Origin: Promethearchaeota archaeon
GTDB lineage: Archaea > Asgardarchaeota > Lokiarchaeia > Sigyniarchaeales > SOKP01
Assembly (NCBI GenBank): GCA_048938005.1
Contig: JBHLMQ010000015.1
Coordinates: forward strand, 1 to 55,962
Reading direction: 5' to 3'
DNA length: 55,962 nt
The notes below the pieces were generated by a model, which did no database searches, had not been told where the DNA came from, and worked only from the letters and a program-made list of their open reading frames with translations. Shown one piece after another: positions 49,920 through 55,962 of this stretch. Position 1 is the first letter of the stretch, and every line of letters starts with the position of its first letter. The translations under genes and the position numbers were made by a program.

Positions 49920-51863
49920 CTAACCACCTCCTAAAAGACCATCAATTTCAGCAAATAGTTGATGATCTCGATAATACCTTATATCAATAGCCTGAGTTGG
50001 ACAGCATGTGGCACAAATACCGCATCCATCACAGTTTATCTCATCAATAAACGCTCCAATATCCTCTTCAATCCTAATGGCATTTTTTGGGCATTCTTTT
50101 TCACACCTTCTGCATGAAATACAAAATTCGCTGTCAACTTCAGCTGTTATCAGTTCTAAATCGATTTCTCCGGGAGCTGTTAATTCAGCTACTTTACTAG
50201 CGGCAGCTCTAGCTTGAGAAACTGAATAAGAAATATTTTTTGGACCCTGAGCAAACCCAGCTATAAAAATCCCTTTTGTCTTTGTTTCTTGCGGCATTAA
50301 ACCAAAGTGTGATTCTGTAAGGAAACCATATGTATTAGTATCAAGATTTAATACTTGAGCAATCTGTTGAGTACCTTTTGAAGGGAGTGCTGCTGTGGAT
50401 AAAACTACTAAATCAGCATCAATTTTTACAATCTTATCTGTAAGAGATGAATACACCCGAACTTTCACGTTTTTTGTTTCAGGATCTTCAGAGATTTCAC
50501 CTACTTTTCCTCGAATCATTTTAATCCCTGCTTCTTTAGCTCGTTCATAGTACTCTTCAAATCCTTTTTCAGGAGTTCTTATGTCAATATAACAAATTGT
50601 AATGTTTGCATCAGGAAATTCTTCTAAAAGTAATCGTCCATTTTTAAGAGCAAGCATGCAGCAAACACCACTACAATAAGTACGCTCAGTTTCTCGACTT
50701 CCTACGCATTGTATAAATACAATTTCTTTGGGTTCCTTGTTATCCGAAATTCTATGCACATGTCCCTCAAGAGGTCCATTTGGGGCTAATATACGTTCTA
50801 ATTGAGGTTGAGTTATGACATTTTCGAACTCTCCATATCCATATTCTCCAAATGGTTCATAAATGTCCCAACCAGTTGCTATAATGATCGTTCCAACATT
50901 AATATTAACTTCTGTTGGTACTTGACTAAAGTCAATAGCATCTAATTCACAAGCATCTACACAGGAGAAGCACTCTACACAAGCATCTCTGTCGATATCA
51001 TAAAGAAACGGTACTGCTTGACCAAATGGAATGTCTATTGCCTTTCGTGCTCCTAAATATTCGTCGAAATAATTAGTTGTGTAAACTGGACAAACTTCAG
51101 CACATGCTCCACATCCATTGCATTCATCTGTTGTATAACGTGGTTTCTTTTCAATCGTTACATTGTAATTACCAACATAACCTTCTATATTCTTTACCTC
51201 GCAAAATGTTAATAATTCAATATTTTCATTTCTGTTAACTTCAAGCATTTTAGGTCCGCAAATTCATATAGCACAATCGTCTGTAGGAAATGTTCTGTCC
51301 AATTGAGCCATTCTTCCACCGATGGTTGTTTTATGGTCAACTAAGTAGACTTTAACGCCTTGATTTGCAAGATCCAGAGCTGCATTCATTCCACCAATCC
51401 CTCCTCCAATGACCAATGTAGCCTTTGTAACCGGAACGGTTCTAATAGGGACTGGCTCTAAGAGTTTGGCTCTGTCAATACCACTTTTAACCAATATTTT
51501 TGCTTTTTCTGTAGCTTCTTCTTTGCTATCTGTACACCAAGAACAATGTTCACGAACATTAACCATTTGAAAATAATATGGGTTTAAATCTGTTTTTGCT
51601 ATAGTACCTCGGTAAATTACTTCATGTGTCCGTGGGGTTCAAGCCGATGCTACAATTCTGTTTAAATTCTTTTCATTGATATCCTCAATTATTTCATTTT
51701 GCGCATTATCAGTTCAAAGAAATGAGTTTTTCTTTGAAATTATGATTTCGTCTCCAAGGTTTTTTACATAGTCTACTAATTCATCGCAATCTACTTTACT
51801 TCTAATATTAATACCTCATTGACAAGCATAGTATCCAATCCGATGATTTTCTTTATCACTCAT
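49920..51863 (-). CDS. hdrA: Selenoprotein HdrA (647 aa, Sec16, Sec50, Sec75, Sec200); split in the ORF track
   Basis: ATG 51863 after SD GAGGTGG; single frame to TAG 49920-49922 with TGA at 51816-18 (CQ-U-GINI), 51714-16 (SFL-U-T), 51639-41 (SA-U-TPRTHE) and 51264-66 (DCAI-U-ICGPK), each matching Cys in paralogs. Confidence 0.92.
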
Positions 51864-52262
51864 CTATTTTTACACACCACCTCGCAATTATACAAAATTG
51901 TAAATTTAACTGTGAATTTCTTAGATTTTTATTGGATGTTTTTTAAGTTCCAATATTGATCTTTATTTTAATATCGAACTTAAATATTTTTTTTTAAAAA
52001 TTATTCATTTTTAATATTTTTAATTCTTTCTGTTAATCGATATAACAAATATTTTATTAGGCGGTCACAACTTCAAGATATTTTTGACCAGACCGAAGAT
52101 TATTGATTATTTGATTTTAGAAATCGTTAAAGCTTAAAGAGATTTGTGATTAATTCTCAACATTCTTTGAAGAATTATTTTTAAAAAAGTAAATATAAAT
52201 TAAAAAAAGGGATGGTAAACAAAAAATTTTCTAATATTTTTATTGAGTTTGATAAGACTAGG

Positions 52263-53252
52263 TTAATTTTTATTTAAATATTCTTTATAATAATGAGATT
52301 TATTTAAAAGGTATTTTCGAGCAATTGATCTAAACATTATTGTAAAAAATCGTGAAATAGCTACTTTTTTTCTAACTGCATTAAAGTAGTCATCAATGGT
52401 ATACCTTTGATAATTTAAAAGAGCTTGACTTTTATCAGTAGTCATAAATCCACAATGAAAGCCTTTTGTACTAAATGCTTCAGCAGGTAGAACATCATAT
52501 CCAATCCCAAAAATATTTAACATTTCATTAAGATATTCTCGATATGAGATCCGACATCTTTCTCCACCAGCAATATGCATTACTTCCCCCCATATTTCTT
52601 TATTTTCCACTGCATTAGTAAGAGCGAGACCAACATCTTTTGTATCACAGATTTCTATACAAGTATCAAGAGGCATTTCAAACATTAATGGATCCATTTG
52701 TAATTTATTCAAAGAGACGATATACGTTAAGCGAAAGATTGCCCAATCCAAGCTTGATTTTTTAATTAGCTCCTCACACTTGACCTTCTGTTTAGCATAT
52801 TCATCATCCGGATTAGGATTGAGTGGATCATCAGGAGTTATTAAAGGACTTTCAAGTCGATCACCATATATTGCAACTGAAGACGTAAATATGAGTTTTG
52901 GTTTTTTAGGCTGTTTTTCCATTGCTTTAATAATATTGGCAGTTCCTCCAACATTAACGGATTCTGCATACTTTGGTTTTTTATCGGCAAGGGGAGGAAT
53001 AATCGCTCCAACATGGATAATGACATCTTTGTCAGAAACAGCTCTCTCGACATCCTTATAATAGCGTAAATCTCCCCAAAAGATTTTAATATCTTTTTTA
53101 TATTTATTGGCAATTCTTTTATTTCTTTTTGTCTTAATATCAAAAACTCTAATATTATAATTTCGCTTAATTAGTTCTTTTAGTGTACTTAATCCTACAT
53201 TCCCAAATGCTCCTGTAAGCAAAACATTCAGTTTAATCACCTTTCTTTCCAA
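52263..53252 (-). CDS. NAD-dependent epimerase/dehydratase (extended SDR)
   Basis: TGAFGNVG, FTSS, YAKQK catalytic motif; exact start uncertain (53252 or ~53240). Confidence 0.85.
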   Translation of the reverse strand: MERKVIKLNVLLTGAFGNVGLSTLKELIKRNYNIRVFDIKTKRNKRIANKYKKDIKIFWGDLRYYKDVERAVSDKDVIIHVGAIIPPLADKKPKYAESVNVGGTANIIKAMEKQPKKPKLIFTSSVAIYGDRLESPLITPDDPLNPNPDDEYAKQKVKCEELIKKSSLDWAIFRLTYIVSLNKLQMDPLMFEMPLDTCIEICDTKDVGLALTNAVENKEIWGEVMHIAGGERCRISYREYLNEMLNIFGIGYDVLPAEAFSTKGFHCGFMTTDKSQALLNYQRYTIDDYFNAVRKKVAISRFFTIMFRSIARKYLLNKSHYYKEYLNKN

Positions 53253-53435
53253 AATTGATTAAATATTTGATTTTGAAATTCAATGAATATAGCTAATATA
53301 TTTTTATATGGCCAATCTTTATTCTTCTGGCATAAATTAATATTGAACCTTACTAAGATAATAAAAGAATTTACATTTATGTTCTAGGGTTGCAATCGCA
53401 ACTTTTTTTTCATTTCAAATATTTATTAAAATACC

Positions 53436-54125
53436 ATGAAAATTGTAAGATTACAAATTCCAGGGAATTTTTTGGAGTATATTGATACTGGATTTGTTGA
53501 TTTATTTCAAAACCTTGAATTTGTTGAAATCCTAAATGCATTTCAATACGATCAAAAGAATTTTTTTACTCTTCAAAGGATCCGGTTTAAACCAAACTCA
53601 TTTCAAGATTTAAACAAATTTATTAGGGATCGTTTCAAACCTCAATTTTTTAAATTATTACATCAGTCTGGAAATGAAATAATATGTATAATGAGACAAA
53701 GTAGATCTTCAGGATTTTTCCCTATATTTGAATCAGCACAAGGATGGGCTCTTCTTTTCCCTATTCATGTGTCTCAAGAAGTCCTCTTAATAAATATCAT
53801 ATCCCAAACTAAAAACATCAATAAATTGTTTAACATAATTTCCTCTTTCACAAATGATTATAAGATCATAGCTATGACTGATGTTGATAAATTAGATAAG
53901 TTTGATAATACTCTTTGGAAATCTGCTATGCCATTTCCAGAATTTACAGAACGTCAGAGAGATATTGCATCATTTGCCGCAAAATATGGTTATTTTAAGT
54001 CCCCAAAAAAAATCACTGCTCTTGAAATTGCAGAAAAATTTGGAATTTCAGTCTCTGCTGTTAATAAGTTATTAAAAAAAGCAGAAAATACTGCAATGGA
54101 GTTCTTCTTTGGAAAGTATCCCTAA
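53436..54125 (+). CDS. Transcriptional regulator with C-terminal HTH_10 (Bat-like) domain
   Basis: FTERQRDI...A...GYFKSPKKITALEIAEKFGIS.SAV..LLKKAE. Confidence 0.85.
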   Translation: MKIVRLQIPGNFLEYIDTGFVDLFQNLEFVEILNAFQYDQKNFFTLQRIRFKPNSFQDLNKFIRDRFKPQFFKLLHQSGNEIICIMRQSRSSGFFPIFESAQGWALLFPIHVSQEVLLINIISQTKNINKLFNIISSFTNDYKIIAMTDVDKLDKFDNTLWKSAMPFPEFTERQRDIASFAAKYGYFKSPKKITALEIAEKFGISVSAVNKLLKKAENTAMEFFFGKYP

Positions 54126-54187
54126 TTTTAATTTAAAATTTTAAAAAAAATATTAATCTATTTTAAGATTTTTCTCTTAATCCTTTT

Positions 54188-54925
54188 TTATCTTGATATT
54201 AACTCAGTTTTCAATAGCACTATTAGTGAAAGTGGTATTATCCAAATTAGTATTGAGAAGAGCAACATCCATTCCAATAATTCAGTGCCATATATTAGAT
54301 TCAGAATTGCCACTGTTAATGGCCCAAATATCCCATAGATTCCCAAAATTTTAGAGATTTTAGTATTATATATAACTATCATCAAGCCCATAAAGAACGC
54401 GCCAAGGGTAAATCCACCAAATGCAAGATATGACATTAGTTTGTGCGGACCTATTCCTAAAACGGATAAAAAGTTATAATCGCGATCTGCACTAAAGATT
54501 CCTACTCCAATATATGCAAAATTCCCGATAATACTAAACAGGAAAGCAAAACTACTTAATCGAAAACGTAATCGAGAATAATGTTCCCCTCTCAATTTAG
54601 TTCTCTTAGGCAATGGTGCCAGTAATTTCTCCATATAGAACGTGAGTGGAATAGTCATAGAACCCGCAACAATACATGCTATATCATATAAGTATGGCGC
54701 GGGCGTGTCATTAATTGAACCAAGATCAGAAATCCAGTTATCCCAAATAGTGTATCCATCGGGGTCAAGGAGAGCTGCTACGATCACCCCAATTATGAGT
54801 AATGAGATATATCCAAACATAACGCCCATTGCACTAATTTTAACAACATTATAGTTTGTAGCAAAATTGTATAATTTGGCTCTAAATTTATTTATTGATT
54901 CGCGTACTGTCATAGTAGTGTTCAT
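54188..54925 (-). CDS. DUF998-family membrane protein
   Basis: GYTIWDNWISDLGS...TPAP, GVGIF, H, EW motifs; true start likely 54925 or 54913. Confidence 0.72.
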   Translation of the reverse strand: MNTTMTVRESINKFRAKLYNFATNYNVVKISAMGVMFGYISLLIIGVIVAALLDPDGYTIWDNWISDLGSINDTPAPYLYDIACIVAGSMTIPLTFYMEKLLAPLPKRTKLRGEHYSRLRFRLSSFAFLFSIIGNFAYIGVGIFSADRDYNFLSVLGIGPHKLMSYLAFGGFTLGAFFMGLMIVIYNTKISKILGIYGIFGPLTVAILNLIYGTELLEWMLLFSILIWIIPLSLIVLLKTELISR

Positions 54926-55088
54926 TCTATAATTGAATAAATCATATTTGATTTGACTTAATATAAATATGATTATATTTTTGCGTTCTAAAAAAAAATG
55001 ATGTTTCACATAAATAATAGTTTAATAAAAAAGAGGGATTAACGTTTTTGTTTTCTTTTTATATTCTCTTTCAATTGATATGAGCTTG

Positions 55089-55350
55089 TTAGAGATCTTT
55101 ACTTGCCATAAAAGCCAGAAATCTATCTACTTCGTATAACGCAGATTGAGCTGGTGGGGATACTTGTGGAAGTATCAAGTCGAAGATGTGATCTACCCTC
55201 GGAAAAACCACGTTGATTGCTGGTACACCTGATTCAACCAGTTTTGCGTATAGATCCAGTGTACCTTCAATAGGCACAATGAAGTCTATATCCCCTTGTA
55301 TGAGTAGAGTCGGTGGGGAACTAGATTGAACATGAGTGGTTGGACAAGCA
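55089..55350 (-). pseudogene. 5'-truncated alpha/beta-hydrolase (esterase/lipase) fragment
   Basis: Frame reads ACPTTHV..SPPTLLIQGDIDFIVP..VDHIFD..FL (catalytic Asp/His half only); upstream in-frame TAG at 55368-70, no nucleophile motif. Confidence 0.75.
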
Positions 55351-55962
55351 AAACAACAATAAACATACTAAGTATTTAAAGACATAAGTATTTTGATTTC
55401 AACTAAGTGTAGTAAAATTCACTTAGTTACTCTCATCATTGTATGTCGTTACTTGATCTTTGATTTTAAAAATATCCCTTTTCTTTTCAAAAAGTTAAGA
55501 TACCTTTCCATTAATGAAATGTGCAATTTCAGTTCAAATTGGAGGAGGAATTCCAGGATCTAATCTCTTCATTCTGCTTGGCATTCTATCAGTTATAATA
55601 ATCATTATGGGCAAAAAATTGAAGAATTCTTAGATTCTTTTTTTTAAAGGAATTTTCATTGAAATCAGACGCTAAATTTTCTATTCACGAACAATAAAAA
55701 TCAAGATATATTAGGAATCCGTAATTTTCTTTTAAAGGCTTGCCAATATCAATTGTTTTTACTGTTTTAGGTAGGTTATTTCTGGCTTTATGTTTGATCT
55801 GAGTAACATTTTTATAATCAGTGATCAATAATTGATAATTAAACAAGATAATAAGTTATGTTTTAAAAAAAACAGGTTTGAATTCATAATCAATGTTAAA
55901 AGTAAGAAATCATCCTCGTGAAATTTATCAGAGAAGGGAAGAGTTTGGTTTAAAAAATTCAG

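Noticed and set aside
49452-51863. hdrA and mvhD as nonsense-mutated pseudogenes, or 51264-51566 and 49920-51248 as separate genes
   Set aside because: All six interruptions are TGA, all fall at conserved Cys positions, there are no frameshifts, and a SECIS-like hairpin follows
51975-52010. AUGA-containing AT-rich stretch upstream of Sec-hdrA as a 5' SECIS
   Set aside because: No clean upper stem closed by the 3' GA; low-complexity A/T sequence
1729-54854. Short overlapping or antisense ORFs in the track (e.g. 1729-1950, 4486-4674, 4941-5135, 10365-10565, 21805-22023, 23418-23714, 24647-24961, 31456-31650, 36597-36791, 48258-48635, 50008-50217, 52780-53143, 54642-54854)
   Set aside because: They are shadow frames of well-supported genes; the similarity between 31456-31650 and 36597-36791 simply reflects the hdrA duplication
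1-55962. Genome-wide UGA reassignment to Trp or Cys
   Set aside because: The other long genes, including Cys- and Trp-rich paralogs, are intact under the standard code, and UGA ends tusA at the expected length
1-55962. CRISPR array, tRNA (including tRNA-Sec), rRNA, transposase or integrase
   Set aside because: No regularly spaced repeats, no GC-rich cloverleaf or rRNA-like stretch, and no recombinase motifs observed

Overview
AT-rich (roughly 30% GC by eye) archaeal chromosomal segment. It is most likely from an Asgard archaeon (Lokiarchaeia-like), inferred from a Ras/Rab-like small GTPase, longin-like ORFs, a SAMP/Urm1-type ubiquitin-like protein and a eukaryote-type SECIS. The left half (1-28.6 kb) holds mixed metabolic genes: CooC, MoxR, a permuted MscL, thiolase with an HMGS-like/DUF35 fusion, tyrosine phenol-lyase, a GTPase-TPR pair, and an E1/TusA/CysK/CysE/SAMP sulfur cluster. 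The right half (28.8-51.9 kb) is a ~23 kb minus-strand cluster of heterodisulfide-reductase-type genes: 5 hdrA-like, 4 mvhD-like, 2 HdrD/GlpC-like and 2 FrhB-like, with no hydrogenase catalytic subunit in the window. The main hidden feature, broken up or missed by the ORF track, heads this cluster. It is a 647-aa HdrA with four in-frame TGA codons followed by a 153-aa MvhD/VhuD with two in-frame TGA codons. All six TGAs fall at positions that are Cys in paralogs in the same window. A eukaryote-like SECIS hairpin follows, and its AUGA core contains the mvhD UGA stop codon. I saw no rRNA, tRNA, CRISPR array or intact mobile element. All assignments are from motif recognition by eye; no database searches were run.
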